64,000 nt of DNA from Trichoplax adhaerens (taxonomy: Eukaryota > Animalia > Placozoa): assembly GCF_000150275.1 (NCBI RefSeq), contig NW_002060949.1, forward strand, positions 3,788,449-3,852,448, in the 5' to 3' direction. Both the position numbers and the translations under genes were made by a program. Below the pieces are notes generated by a model, which saw nothing but the letters and a program-made list of their open reading frames with translations, was not told the origin of the DNA and did not search any database. Positions 28,867 to 43,308 of the stretch are shown here, piece by piece; position 1 is the first letter of the stretch; every line of letters starts with the position of its first letter.

Positions 28867-30326
28867 GTTACAAATATATTACTTTAGATATTTTCTTAAC
28901 AGAAAATTTGTAGTTTACATCACTCGTATACATGCTCATCATCATGTATACTATAACCTGTCATTATGCTGTAGTGTATAATTCGTAGTAAAGAAATACA
29001 TGAATGATATTGTTATTCCTGTGTAAGTGGAGAGGTGATCAATATCGGACCCTACAGTATTTTGCTTTCGTTGCAAAACACGGATACCCAATGATCACAA
29101 TTATCAACAATAGTTGCTTAGATAACAACAAATCTTACCTCTTTTAAAACTACTTTATAATACCATACAAATTGAGTCGGGTGAATGAATCTATTGCTAT
29201 ATACACAGCAGGTGTAGTAAGTCGATTTTTAAGGGCCCACAATAAATCAGTCTAACTGGATTAAAAGCCGAATTGAGCTTTATTACAATAAAAACCAGCC
29301 GTAACTGTAATTACAACAAACTATGAACAAGAAGAACTCTCGATCTACTCGTTGCATACGCTTATAGATCGTAGTGCATGACCTATTTGGTAATAGTAGT
29401 AACGTTATCACGCTTCCAAGCGTTAAGCACGGACATTGAAAGAACATATTTTACCGGGACACGAGCAATAACTAATCGCATGAAAGTACGCAAGTATTAT
29501 AGTCTACGGTAGTGGATATTCGTAATTCTATACTTAATTAAGAATTTAACTGAAGTACGAAACTCACGGCACTACATTCACCCCAGGCATCTAGAATTTG
29601 ATAGCATTAATTCATATATAATTTTAGGAAATTCTATCTACAAATCTTTAGAATTGTACGATTCATTATTATACGTATAACAATGACACATCACAATAAT
29701 AACATTTAAATCACTGGCTATTACTAATGATCGTACAATAATCTAGACCAAGCATCAGCATTTCCGTTTTGCGCCCATTTTCGATATTGCATGGTAGTAA
29801 TTGGCTCACGTAACCATAGGAATAAAGGTCCATTGCAAAATATGAGTAAAATAAGGAACTGTTACTCGGAATAACCAATAGTTTATTACAGTGAGTGTAT
29901 ATTCTCTTTCAAAAGGCGAACGTAGCAACGGCCCCGATAATACTCATGGCAAGCCTTGGAAACAGCTATCCGATAATAATAATCGGTAATTGTTGTAATG
30001 GTACTTTGCCAGGTTTTGGTGTTACCCTTTGGCCAACATCGCAATCTTTACAATATGCTGCTAAAGTGGAAGACTGGTAGTGCAGGTTCATCGGTCAATC
30101 GCCTTAAAATCTTGAATTTTCGGCTACGGTGATTATGCTAACAGTCATTTCTTGTGAATCGGCTTTGGGGGAACCGCCTAAAATCACGAGATCTCCGAAT
30201 ACGTCATTGAACCTTATTATACTGTACATCTGGATTACGTCATGGTACTTTATGAAATGGAGTTACAGTACGATCGAGGTGGTTTACACTGTAACTCAGC
30301 GATTTTGCACTGTTTTTTTTTTTACA

Positions 30327-30653
30327 TACACTGTACAGTACAGTACAGTACAGTACTGTACAGACTGTACTGTACTGTAGTCTACAGTGTATAGTGTACA
30401 GTACTGCAGGCCCTGCTACTGTATTGTACTGTAGTTCCCCATACTGTACAGTACAGTACAGTACAGTACTGTACAGTGTATAGTGTACAGTACGTTGATG
30501 AAACTGTGCTTCTGTAACACCGCAGAACCAATATGCCTGGCAGAAGGTAATTGACAATTTTTAACAGAATGAATTGATTCATTGTGTTGAATTGTTACAG
30601 TGTACTGTACACTGTACAGTGCAACCAGCCTGTACCCTGTACTGTACAGTACT
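30327..30653. repeat. (TACAG)/(CTGTA) pentanucleotide-derived microsatellite upstream of G5
   Basis: Runs such as TACAGTACAGTACAGTACAGTACTGTAC; these generate the spurious YSTVQ/YCTVL ORFs. Confidence 0.9.
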
Positions 30654-30761
30654 GGAAGCGGTTATAAATAAGCACGAGAAGCGTCATTTCCGGTTGCTCC
30701 CGCAGCGCGCAACTTGGAAGACACCTTTTCTCTCGAATTTCTCCGACGCGATTGGACAAAA

Positions 30762-33700
30762 ATGGCTGATCAAGACGTTTCACTGAATGAGCAATTCCGC
30801 AAACGTATTGCTGGCTATATGAAAGTCATTCTCATTTTTATCGATTGGAGCTCTGGTCGTTGCAATTATGATGACAGTAAACTTTCCCTCCATAGCAGCA
30901 TACTATCACGTGTTTCCGTTGGCCGGTGCTTCAGTGGTAAGTGTTCGCCATCGTTACCATGCGTATTACGGTAGTTGACCGTGACGATAATGGCGTCATA
31001 GTGATGGTGCAATAGTACAGTACAATAACGGATCCACCAACAGCTACCTACCTTGAACTTACTGCAAGTGATCAAACTCATTGGCAAAACTACAGTGCAG
31101 CAGGAATATGGCTTGCATTCTTTTTGTGAATTTCATTTCACATAAAATGGAATTTTGCCTTTTTCCTTGCATTTTTTTAGAAGCATTACGAGTACGCGTG
31201 TATATGTCATATATACTCAGCACAATTGGTGCCAATGACTGGACATGATTCACTTTGAGATGTTATGTTTTCAATTACTTGGCGTGGCTGTATAGAGTGT
31301 TAGGATCATATCGGATATAGCACAGTACTGTACTTTAGATATGAGTATAGGATTTGATTTGAGCCAACTGACTGTAAAGTGAGTAATTTAGACTTGAATT
31401 TGAAATAAATATGGATAATNNNNNNNNNNNNNNNNNNNNNNNNNNNNNNNNNNNNNNNNNNNNNNNNNNATATGCCTGGCAGAAGGTAATTGACAATTTT
31501 TAACAGAATGAATTGATTCATTGTGTTGAATTGTTACAGTGTACTGTACACTGTACAGTGCAACCAGCCTGTACCCTGTACTGTACAAACAGCTACCTAC
31601 CTTGAACTTACTGCAAGTGATCAAACTCATTGGCAAAACTACAGTGCAGCAGGAATATGGCTTGCATTCTTTTTGTGAATTTCATTTCACATAAAATGGA
31701 ATTTTGCCTTTTTCCTTGCATTTTTTTAGAAGCATTACGAGTACGCGTGTATATGTCATATATACTCAGCACAATTGGTGCCAATGACTGGACATGATTC
31801 ACTTTGAGATGTTATGTTTTCAATTACTTGGCGTGGCTGTATAGAGTGTTAGGATCATATCGGATATAGCACAGTACTGTACTTTAGATATGAGTATAGG
31901 ATTTGATTTGAGCCAACTGACTGTAAAGTGAGTAATTTAGACTTGAATTTGAAATAAATATGGATAATATACAATAGATATGTTCATATATACTGTAGAT
32001 ATATCTATATCTAGATATTAATTTACAGATTAGCATGCTTGCAATGATTTCGCAAAGGACTCTTTCCTCGGCTTATATAACGGGACTCTTTGCAGTCCTT
32101 GTGAAATGCGATGTTTATTGGTCTGTGTGTGCTTCAAATTCCATGGTGCGGATACAGTGCTGGTCTAAATTCTGTCATAGGACGGCTCTCTTTGATGTTG
32201 GACCTTTAATAATTAAGCTAATAAAGTACTTAACCTTAGTTAAATCGTCTTTGTTAGTTTTTTCTAAAAGTCTCTACAATAATTTACTCAACCGAGCGGT
32301 GCAAACCCGATTTGGACTAAATCGGCTATGCGCCGCTCGGTTTTTCACTGATCTTCACCATGAAATACAGTACTACATCGGTAGGACTGTTTCAGCGAAG
32401 TGTACAATGAATTTAGCGCAAAACAAATGGGGCTAATGCTAATCTACTCATATCTCTCTCTATACTGGACACTGAGTGTGCAGTACAGTACTGTATGTAT
32501 GTTTTATTACTATATTTTGCGTTTCAGATTCGATCGCTAACAAATGTTGGAACAGTCTACTGTACTCTACAGTGTACAGGATATTGCAAGTTTAAAATAT
32601 ACCTGAGTTTACACTACTAAGCGGACATGGTTAATTAATTTAGGATATTCATATAGATACTTTACCGTTTCCATGTCTTTCTTTTTAGTAATCTTTGATG
32701 TGTATTCCATTGTAACATGATTCTGCTAGTAGTAAATGAAGCAACAGACCAAATTACATACAAAACACTGGTACATTAGTATGGACGTGGCAGTCTGTTT
32801 TGCTGACTCCGAATATTTCAAGCAAATTGCCCCTACCTACAGTGTAGTACAATTGTTGCATATACATTGCAATCAGAATAGATGTCAGCTGATACGCAAC
32901 TATTAGCTCATCAAGCAAAGGAAGCACGAATGACATTTTAGTAAGAAAGCAATTTCTATACTCTGGTACAGTATTTCATGGCATATTTATTTAATTATCA
33001 TTTTTTACGGGTTAATCGTCATGACTACATACAATACTGTACATGCACTAGTTCCGTAGATAACAACAGTCATAGCTTCCTTGATGCCAGTAAATCTATA
33101 ATGCTTACGGGGTTTTGTCTAAATATGAAACGGGATTTACCCGACTACTGTTATCTTACTGTGAACTATTGTACTGTACAATGTACAGTAGATCCAGCCA
33201 TTTTGAAATTTAGTCTTTCGTACACCTCGCTGAAACTACGCTGCCGATGCATTATGTCCACTGACAGTATGTGTATTCCCTCTTAAATTGCAATCTTTTA
33301 AAATTTTTTCTCGCAGAGTTGTTATTATCTATTTGGTATCAATAGCTAGTCTTGACGTAACGTGCAGTCATTGCAATTCTCGGATTTTCATCAACTTTTT
33401 TCGTCAATTGTTAATTTTTAGACAATCTTCGCTTCAGCCGCTGTTGTATATGTGTTCATTTCGGAAGAAAGAAAAGAGCATTTCATCAGTAATGTAAGAA
33501 TGTCAATATAATGTAAACTAGCTATCACAACGTTTACATCTAACCGTAAATTGATGTATCTTGCAAATCTGATAGGTAAACCTATACCTCGTAGGAACAA
33601 CTGCAGGCGAGATACCGATGGCTATCGCATTTGCTGTAAATTTGCATTATATTTCTACTTCTTATTTGGACAATACACTGGCTGTAGTGTACGCTGGCAT

Positions 33701-33974
33701 TTATGCCCCTATATCATCTTGTATAGTTGGAACTTCGATATGGATGCAAAGAGTTAAAGCTGTCAAATGGGTAAGTCGTTTTTGATGCGATTGTAAATCA
33801 AAACGGTCTACAAAACTTGAATCGAATTGTGAACATTTTTTGTACATATTTAATAATATAATCATAATCCCTCCGTAGCTCATGCTGACTAGTTCGGTCA
33901 GGAATACTGCTTCTGCAACTGCCGATCGATTCCCGCCAGGATATGGGTTTAGTACTTCTTCGCCTTCTGTCTAA
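30762..33974 (+). pseudogene. G5: pseudogenised paralogue of G7
   Basis: Exon1 30762-30936 is 175 nt versus 195 in G7 (20-nt deletion after ...ILIF, frameshift). Exon2 33422-33493 (TIFASAAVVYVFISEERKEHFISN), exon3 33576-33770 (VNLYLVGTTAGEIPMAIAF...VKAVKW) and exon4 33879-33974 (LMLTSS...FPPGYGFSTSSPSV*) remain open. The copy right of the 31420 gap lacks exon 1 altogether. Confidence 0.82.
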
Positions 33975-36275
33975 CGGAATTTATATTTTATCTATCGACT
34001 CATTCATTGCTTGTTAATGCTAAGTTTTGAATCATTTCTATGCTGATCAATTAATCAGCGTATAAATATCCAAAGCTTACGAATATGATTTGTTAACGTA
34101 GAAATGATTTTTCATATTATAACTTGCATCACATTTTGTTTGAAAAATCATGCATAGTACTATATGTATTTTTGGCCGTACCACGTTAAATCGCTATAGA
34201 AAGATCATCAATCTTATGGATTGTGCCTTGCGAAATAAGGACATTTAATAACTTTTTACCGTTGTAGTTTTACTCGTAGTTAATGTAGTACGATCCGTTG
34301 ATTAGTTATTTCATGATAAAGAAAAGCCATATGCGCATGTAGGCGCTTTACTTTTGGTCTTGATATTATTCTCCTATATTACAATAAAATCGACATGTTC
34401 AATATTCATAACAGCGTGAATAGCAGCATTATAAAATGTACTGCATTATGTACAGTACATTGATAAAATATATTATATTACCTCCGTACTTCGGAGCATT
34501 GAGTCTACTAGTCTTCGTAATTTGCATAGGAACCAGTCGAACCCTTGCTCGTGATACTTGATATTCTATATGCTTGTATTGTAGTTTTACTTTACAGTAC
34601 ATATTACTGTCACTACTGCACCATGACAGATTAGTTGTATAGCCTTAAAAATGAAGTTGCAATCGTAATTATGTAAGTCTCGGTTTGAAGTAATTTAATG
34701 AGGATTTACTATCCATACTATACCACCACAAGCGACCCTGTTACGCACCTAGCTTTATAGATGTGGGTGCGCTTTATACGGCCAAACAGAGAGTAGGTGT
34801 ATGCCAGAAACACAATGTTGCAGCGCTTGACGTTGCTTAAATTTATTGTAATTTAATATGCGATATACTAAAATTATATGTAGAAATTTCTATGTGCAAT
34901 TAGTGGACGTTACTTTAAAATTAGGCCGATAATGCTACGCGGGTTGTATACATATATATACATTTTGTTAGTGACGATATACTAGTATCAAATTGGGTAA
35001 ATTTACATTGAGAGAAGAATTACAAGGATTACCGGAAAGTTCAATTTAGCTGTATGATGATCATCGGCTTGCTCATTACGAGAATAGCTATTTTATTGGA
35101 CTGAAAATGAATGATGGCAAGATCTTATTTTAAGCTATACATAATTTACTAATGTAGAGGCTATTATTATTAATTTATTCCTACGAGTAAGGAATATCGA
35201 AAATTTTTCATTACTATTTAAACTGATTGATAGAGGTAATACCGCATTTGCTAAATGAGTCGAAATAAAATATTTTCTATAATATTTGAAGAAACTTTTG
35301 AAATTTAGAATTATCACACCAATAGGTGTTACAATGGATTATAAAGATAACGGGCATCATGCATTAAATTTAAAGTTAGGTATAGCATATAGATTACTCT
35401 GTATTACAAATAAACAAATATATATACATGCTTGGTAAATACAGTTATAAAGCCTTTATAGTAAAATACTACGACAGAGAATATCGTTCCTGGTACTCTA
35501 TAAATTTAAGAAGATGATATATTATAGTATACATTTCATGATATCTTTCTTTTATTTTCATAGATTATCAAAGAACTTAAATCGTCAGATAAAAAATATA
35601 TTATCTACAATAACATAGTAGTAAATAAAAATAAATCTTTTGCTATATTTGTAAAGCAGATTTCGTCATAGCTATCGGTAATAGATCAATTCCTAACTAG
35701 AATAGTTTTACTTTCACCGGTATGGCTATTACAGTATAATGGATAGCGGCAGGTAAAACCTCTATTTTCTGCTGACTATAAGCCGTAGCAATGATATGAA
35801 TCAGATGGACAATATTAAATATTTGTTATAATCTGTCGATAAAATCTGAGTTAGTCTCTAAGTATAGAAACTTTCTTTCAATTTAAGATTTACATTTATA
35901 GTAACTATAATGCGTAATGTTCTGAATAAGTGACTAACTTAAGATAAAACACGGAAAATCAACAGATTTATCAAACAAAATAAAATTATAATAACACTAG
36001 GATTAGTAGAGCACTTACAAAGATTATGCCTTGGAAGAAAAATTTCTGTAGTTTAACGTAACTAGATAGAATCATCCCTGCCATAAAACTGCTAGAAAGT
36101 AAGAGAAATTTGAAAACATTGTTAATTAGTCAGATGGCTTTAATCCGTTTTGGATGCTCATTAGGTACTTCTAACACCTACAGTACTTAGTTTTCGTCGT
36201 AGTTTTTCCGCAACAGAATCGAGTAATCAATTAATTCTTAAAGTATAATATTGTTATTACATAAGATTCAAGTTA

Positions 36276-36342
36276 AGATAGAGAAGACCTGGACCCCCGC
36301 GAAAAATAATAACAAAAAGATAATAAAAGGTCTTCTCTATCT
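36276..36342. mobile_element. 67-bp MITE-like element with 15-bp TIRs and 6-bp TSD
   Basis: AAGTTA | AGATAGAGAAGACCT ... AGGTCTTCTCTATCT | AAGTTA. Confidence 0.7.
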
Positions 36343-38154
36343 AAGTTACCCATTTTAAAATACGCCAGGAAAAACTTGGTGACACTAGTTTGATCAAATC
36401 TAGGGATGTTACGTTGGATTAGAAACTTAATGGAAAGGTAATTTATAAGTTACTGCAAGTAATAGCATGGTTTATACAAATAGTATAACTGAAATGTGAA
36501 TTATAAATTATTCAAATAAATTAATCTCTATTATAAAATTCTCTTAATTGTAATAATCGAACACGCTAAGCTTTATCTTATAAGCAGAAATTAAGCCTGC
36601 AGTACATTTACGTAGACATTGTTTTGATTAATTAATAATAATTGGAGCAATCAACGCTTTACCGTAGAATTTGACTATGGGTGTTATTTTCTGACTCAGT
36701 AAATAATAAAGAAATAGAATTGCCAAGTTCGGAAAATTACCAGATTAACTATGTCTATGATTAGGATTTAATATTTCAAAGATTTCTTGATGTAAAATTT
36801 GATGGAAACCTCTTACGTACTGTATTTCCTTTCATTTATAATTGAGAAAAAATCTACTTTCACGATGAATTAAGGTATCCAATGTTTATATCAGCATGTT
36901 GAAAGTCTACATGATGATGATGTTGAATTACAGTTCGTTCATACTCAAAATTGATAAACTTTTATGCAAATCGTTATTAGCTTAGTAACTTATTCAGTTA
37001 GTACTCTGGATTACTGTATGTAAGTGCAACAAGTAGTTATACACAAAGATATAGTGTATACGAGTTCTTTTCAAAGTTATTTATATTCTTCTATTTTGAG
37101 CCTCCCGATTATTTGTCGAATACTCTTATTGAAATATAATCCTGCAATCCCTTATATTCTACTTCCATATGATGCGAGTGTATAATTTTAATTCTCAAAT
37201 GCTTATACTTCGAACTTGTAGTAAGCTATAGAAAGGATATTATCCATATTTATCACATTTGTGATCCCATAACGGGGAAGTAACATTTTATACTCGTATT
37301 TCTATTTTCAGTCGCAACCTGTATCGCATTTAAACAGAAAGTTCGATAGAATTGCATAAGTAGATTCCACGATTTTTTGTTTTATTTGTACTTTGCAGTA
37401 GATTTATTACTCTTCAAGTACAGTCTATTACTTTAACCTCAGCAATTATTAATAGATGCAGCTAATAAATACGGTCATAAAAATACAGAAATAGGATGTC
37501 TATAGCTCTTAATGAAGTAACCATGGCAATATTGATTCAATTTATTTATTGAACGTACAGTATTATCAATCAACTGCATTTAGCCTATTGAAATTACAAA
37601 CATGATGATTTGTCTACATATGATATTTGCATACGGTATGCATAATTATTTTGTCAGTCTACCCATAGCATGTCGTTAGTGTTGAGTTTAGGCTTCTGTA
37701 AAGCACTAAACCACCTCTGAGCGCATGGCTTTCACTCTACACTAGTACATTAGAATCCAGTCATCATTCTGCTATTAATAAATAAGACACTATTTCGAGT
37801 TTTCGTCGGAGGCCTTTCTTGCTATCGTATATTTTAATCTCTAGCAATTCGTTAAGCTGTCATTAAGAGAACGTTTTATACGGTGCTTGACTTCTTGATT
37901 ATCGCTTGATTCTATTTTCGGTAGGCTGATTAAAATTATTGATCAAAGATTTTCCGTAAACATTTTAAACACAAACTCAGCAGCTACTAGCTAGCTATAA
38001 ATAGTAATTCCAATTACAATAATGCAATCATGTAGCTCAACTTTAATAGCAATTTAGACTCAAGATTTATGAATACATTTATTATTAAATATTTCTGCCG
38101 TCTAATAATTATAATTTGTTTCTTATACGTTTTACTAGGCCGTAAAATCGAAAA

Positions 38155-40418
38155 ATGCCCTCTCCTGTCGTTATAAATGCAACCGATTTTTACACTCGAT
38201 ATCGGTTGCAGTTAGATAGCATTCGCAATTTTAGCATACTTAAGTTGCTCTTTTCAATCGGCTGTCTAATATGTTGTATTCTGTTGGCTACTTTCTTCAC
38301 ATTTTACTTTGACAACGCTTTTATTATAGTTCCTTTTATTGGTTGTAGCATAGTAAGTAATTATGATAACTAAAATTATTTTATTTTAATGACATCGAAC
38401 GATTCTCTTATTAAATAATTACTACGGTTCGATGTCGATATTCAAAAAGAGCCAATTACAGCCACAAGCTTTTAAAATGAATCTGTAGGCTACGGATTTT
38501 GCATTATAAACTTACACGTACTGTATGATATTACTACAAGCGTATTCTCGATTGTGCTAGAACTGTTTCGGTGACATAGCTCTTAAATCTTTGATTTATT
38601 TATGTTAACCAGACCTTGCAAATTAACTTTAATAGTATCGTATTAGATAGTGATTCGTTAAATAAAATGTTGGTGCCTTAACAATGACATACAACGCAAA
38701 TAAGTACTTGAATGTATCGAATTGTACTAGACGTGTGAGTGTATCCATTTCTCTTAACGTAATTTCGGTACAATCTATAGTCATTATGATTTTATAAGTC
38801 TTCATGCAGCCAATTTAGTCGATTAAGATCTGTTTAACACATTTGTAATTACTAAAGTTACATTATAGGGTGTGTATATACTATGATATGATCATTATTG
38901 ACTATAAACTAATGACAGAAAAACGCTAAATTTTTATGTTTTAGACTATTCTTTCTTCCATCATGAACGCTTATATTTTCTCAGCAAAAACCCGTCTTGG
39001 TACTTTCTTGAGTAACGTAAGTAACTAATAATTTGTAGCATACGTTCTTAATATCTTCAAGCTATCATATGTATATTTTACTGTTTTAAACAAGGCAATA
39101 ATTATCATTAATTAATTTATCACTATAAAGTATCATTATGTTTACTGTAACATGGTTTTATCGGAGATAAAGTTAACCCTTCCCAATTTACTCATACATA
39201 TTTCGTAAGCAATCGACTATAGGAATCCTACATTAGCTCCTATACCTGAAGATTAATACGAATACAGTTGATCATTTCATTATTTTGACCACATCAATTT
39301 TGCTTAAAATAAGGATTTTATTTTATCCATTACAACTTGTTTTTAACCAACATTATAGATAACGATTTGTTACGTATCTTAATTTACATCATCTGATTAT
39401 CTTGTAATAGATTCTTTAAGTAGAGACGATTCACTCACTAACTCTAGCCTATTAAATTAATCGATTTTGTACAAGTTTGATAATGTCTGTGTTGGCAAAA
39501 ATTCGGCTTTAATTTTTAATAATTACGTTATGATATAAAATAAATTTGATTGCAGTACAGAAACTACTTAAATTTACGATAAGTATATTTTTGATCGGTT
39601 GAAATATGATCACTACTCTTACATTTAATTATTTCTCTTCATCTATAATAATCCTATATTAGATAGTACCGCAGCATTTTTTTCTTAGAGAATCACAATC
39701 ATTTAAATCTTTTAAATTAAATTTTATGTTTTTACTTGGTCATAAGCCGGCAGGATACCGATATTTCATTGCTGCACTTGATCTTCCTCTTGCAGTGGCT
39801 TTTGGCATGTATGTTTACTTATGTATTAATGCGCCAAGTGACAACAGGATAAAGCCAACAATTGTCAGTTTTACAGTTCTCGCCTTCTTAGCACTGTTAT
39901 CGGCAGGCTATTTCGAGACAACTATGAGAAGTGTATACATCTCGGCATATGTAAGTATGGCAGTGTTTCCTTTATAAAAACGGTACATGGTGATATATTA
40001 GAAAGTATTGAATGCATTGCTAGGTATAATATACGCATTTTTCAAATACTCGTATATGACCAAGAATTATCATTTTATGGAGAATGACTTTCTGTGACAT
40101 AATATTTTAAAGCAAAGTTATCCTGGATAATCATGATTCACTATTAAGTGAGGTATTTTTATTGTCCTTGAATTATAGCTAAGAGCAGTTCAGATACGGA
40201 ATCGCAGAAATCAGCGTCGTTCTCGAAATACTAATACGCCTACCAATACCAATGCAAATGTTGAAAGTAGTTATGTTGACAATTATAGTAATCCTCCGGT
40301 CGCTAACCCGAGTGCAATGCCGTCTCGATCTGCAGTTGACGAGCCACCAACAGCCCCTATGGATCCGCCGCCATATGATGATGATGATGATGATGATGTG
40401 AAGCCATTAGTTCCATAA
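38155..40418 (+). CDS. G6: intact 237-aa tetraspan protein, paralogue of G4, tail with PTAP, PPPY and acidic run
   Basis: Exons 38155-38352, 38945-39016 (72 nt, TILSSIMNAYIFSAKTRLGTFLSN), 39747-39950 (204 nt, PAGYRYFIAALDLPLAVAFGMY...ISAY), 40179-40418 (LRAVQIRNRR...DEPPTAPMDPPPYDDDDDDDVKPLVP*). All GT-AG, phase 0. Confidence 0.9.
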
Positions 40419-41275
40419 ATGCGCTAATAAAATGTAGAGAGATATAGATTAATACAACTTCATAGCTGCTATTGGTATTTATATATGCAATAATAAATTA
40501 ATAGTGTCTGACTGTAATTTCTAAATTGACTATTAAAATTCACTGATAACTTAAAGAATTATCTAGTAAAATAGTATGTTAAAAATTAAAGCGAATATTT
40601 AGTGTCTAGTTGATTTTAATTGCTTAATAACCACTAAAGACGTGATAGCCGGTAATGGATAGAGATTATATCAGCTGTTATGCTCAGTGTAGGATACGAT
40701 ACTGATGGTAGTTTAGATGTAGTTGTAGATATTTTGTTTCTAGCGATATACGTAATACAGTATTTCAATGTTAAATAACTATATATTGCAAGCGCTGTTC
40801 ATATTTAATATGGTACTAGTTGAGATGTTAGTATAATAAGTATAATTAAGTCTAATGTAGCTCGGTAGCGATAAGCAAGTCATTATTTACGGTTAATTAT
40901 TTAAGGACCGCGTGTAAGGGAGTACATTTGTTTAGGTGTTCTTCTTCTCTGTAAGAGCTACCAGCCGTGAGATATAACTGTAAATAAAAACCCATTTCAT
41001 GGTAACAGAAAGGAGATTAAAATATTTGAGAAAGATACAGCTATGGTTATTCTACTATATAAGACCCAGCTCGAGTATTGGTATTTAATAAATACAATAA
41101 CAATAAATAACGTATGTTAAGTACGCGTAATATAAATTCGCTCACTTATTTTTGTAAGTTAAGGAAAGTCGAATATAGGAAAGGTACTGTGCTACATTTT
41201 ACTGTAATTAAGCTTGCCGTATTGTACTGTGTCACTATCCTCAAACCACGAACAGTAACTCGTAATTAATTAATA

Positions 41276-42644
41276 CTAGTGCAAACTCCCGTCGCTTTAC
41301 TGACGGTTTACGATAATGTGCTCATTTAACAGAGGTTCAGTAACTATCAGATCGCTGACTAACGAACATTATCCTCTTAGAAATACTTTTTGTAATATGA
41401 TATATAGCAATCAAAAATAACCGGGACAGGGGAACTATAGTAGGGTAACACTACGAATTGCAAGAGAGCAATAGAACTAAGAGTACCTACTGATGTGTAT
41501 CAATCACTTTTCAAATTTCGTTAAGTAACTTTCGTATTAGTATGTTTACCGAATAAGGATGGTTACTATATACAGTATAGAAATCAAAAGTAATTGGGAC
41601 AGGGGAACTACAGTAGGATAACACTACGAATTGCAAGAGAGCAATAGAACTAATAGTACCTACTGATGTGTATCAATCACTTCTACCTTCTCAATAATAT
41701 TTACATAAATCCTACAGATCATTCATTTCTATACCAATTCAAATTTCGTTAAGTAACTTTCATATTAGTAATCGGGACAGGGGAACTACAGTAGGATAAC
41801 ACTACGAATTGTAAGAGAGCAATAGAACTAATAGTACCTACTGATGTGTATCAATCACTTCTACCTTCTCAATAATATTCACATAAACCCTACAGATCAT
41901 TCATTTCTATACCAATTCAAATTTCGTTAAGTAACTTTCGTATTAGTATGTTTACTGAATAAGGATGGTTGCTATATACGGTATTAATGCTATGTTAAGG
42001 TTGGTGAGCGAAACTTTCAAATATACGTTTATGGTCAATTTCTTAATAAAATTAACAGATAGTATTATCATTCGATATTATATATATCCTAGTAACAGTA
42101 ATATACTATGCTATATTAAGATTAGTTAATGGTCCAGAGCACATTATGATAACTAATGTACAGTGATGGACATACCAAGTTAAGATTAGCAGGTACTGTA
42201 AGATATCTACAGTGCGGTAGAATGTCCTTCGTACTGTGGTCAATTCTATACCAATCATTATAATGTGTCTAAGGATCGCTGTCGTATGCAAGCAAAGCTT
42301 GCTCTGTCGATAACAACCGTTATAAGAAAATGTAACAATCAAAATGGCTGTATAGAAAACTCTATAAAGATTCTATGTTTATTCAATTTTCATCAGAATA
42401 TTACATGAAATCAAAATTTAAAGGCCCAGTGGCCACCCTTAGCGATATAACGAATACTATTTTAATAATCAGTACTCTGCAGAAATTACTACCTTAGAGC
42501 TATTCGTTTTACATGAAGAAATCTTTAGGTTAAAAGTACTGTAAGAATCTTATACTGACCTATTGAAATGAACCCATAATCAGAGTCATTTAACAGTAGT
42601 ATAAATACCCCCGCGCTGCTCATTTCAAGGGACGGTGGGTGGGA
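41276..42644 (-). mobile_element. Non-autonomous Helitron, copy 1 (1369 bp)
   Basis: On the minus strand it starts A|TC (42644) and ends hairpin CCGTCagtaaagcGACGG + 9 nt + CTAG|T (41276). No TSD. Three internal tandem units beginning GGGACAGGGGAACTA. Homology to copy 2 ends within 1-2 nt of these termini. Confidence 0.82.
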
Positions 42645-42991
42645 TAAGTTACCTTTTCTGTAAGCTATTCTCATGGAAATTATGAATGACTATGTGAACA
42701 TCGTTGTTATAATTTACTCATACGATTGTAGATTGATTCCTTCACAAATCTGATTAATGAATTAGATTCTTTTTTGAGTTTCAAGCCTTTTTCTTTCGTA
42801 TTACAGTAGAATTTATTTATTTATTTATTACTCACTTCTAAGCGTAGGTATGAGAAGTACTGATATTAACGAACAGTAAATTTAACATGAACTAACAAGT
42901 TTACCTACTGAGTATAATTTTACTGTAAAGAAACTTTTGAATATTTTTATTTCAGTGTACTGTAAGTGGAGAGGTGATCAATATCGAACCC

Positions 42992-43308
42992 TGTAATGAG
43001 GGGGGGGGGGGAGTTTGTGTGTTGTTGTAATTGGATGGGTATATCCTTAGTATGATATGAGAGAGATTCTAAAGGAAGAAGAGATCCTTTATTTAGACAT
43101 AGAGGAGATCATAAGCGTACTCTAAGCAGGAATAGGACAAGGTAGACAATTGTGAGACATGCAATGAGATAAGAATTGAGTAATGCATCAATTATTTTAT
43201 AGAAGTGTATAACTATTTATACAGTAGTGTGCTGCCCTATAGGACTCTACTACAAGACATATCGTAGTTACAACTTTACATGAAGTACACGAAGTACATA
43301 ATATTACA
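42992..43308 (-). mobile_element. Solo LTR (317 bp) with 5-bp TSD
   Basis: TGTAAT...ATTACA termini, flanked by AACCC/GACCC. Empty site AATATCG-GACCC-TACAGTAT in the paralogous block at ~29041. Minus-strand TATAAAA (43201-43195) and AATAAA (43093-43088). Confidence 0.75.

Noticed and set aside
25800-29900. Possible decayed retroelement or repeat-protein gene between G4 and G5
   Set aside because: No recognisable RT, integrase, TPR or LRR motif could be read in the frames examined.
30129-30786. Overlapping ORFs rich in YSTVQ/YCTVL (also 52361-52646, 59815-60053)
   Set aside because: Translations of the TACAG/CTGTA microsatellite on both strands.
32035-32436. 133-aa ORF, longest in the track
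   Set aside because: Lies in G5 intron 1; the homologous intron sequence in G7/G7' does not keep the frame.
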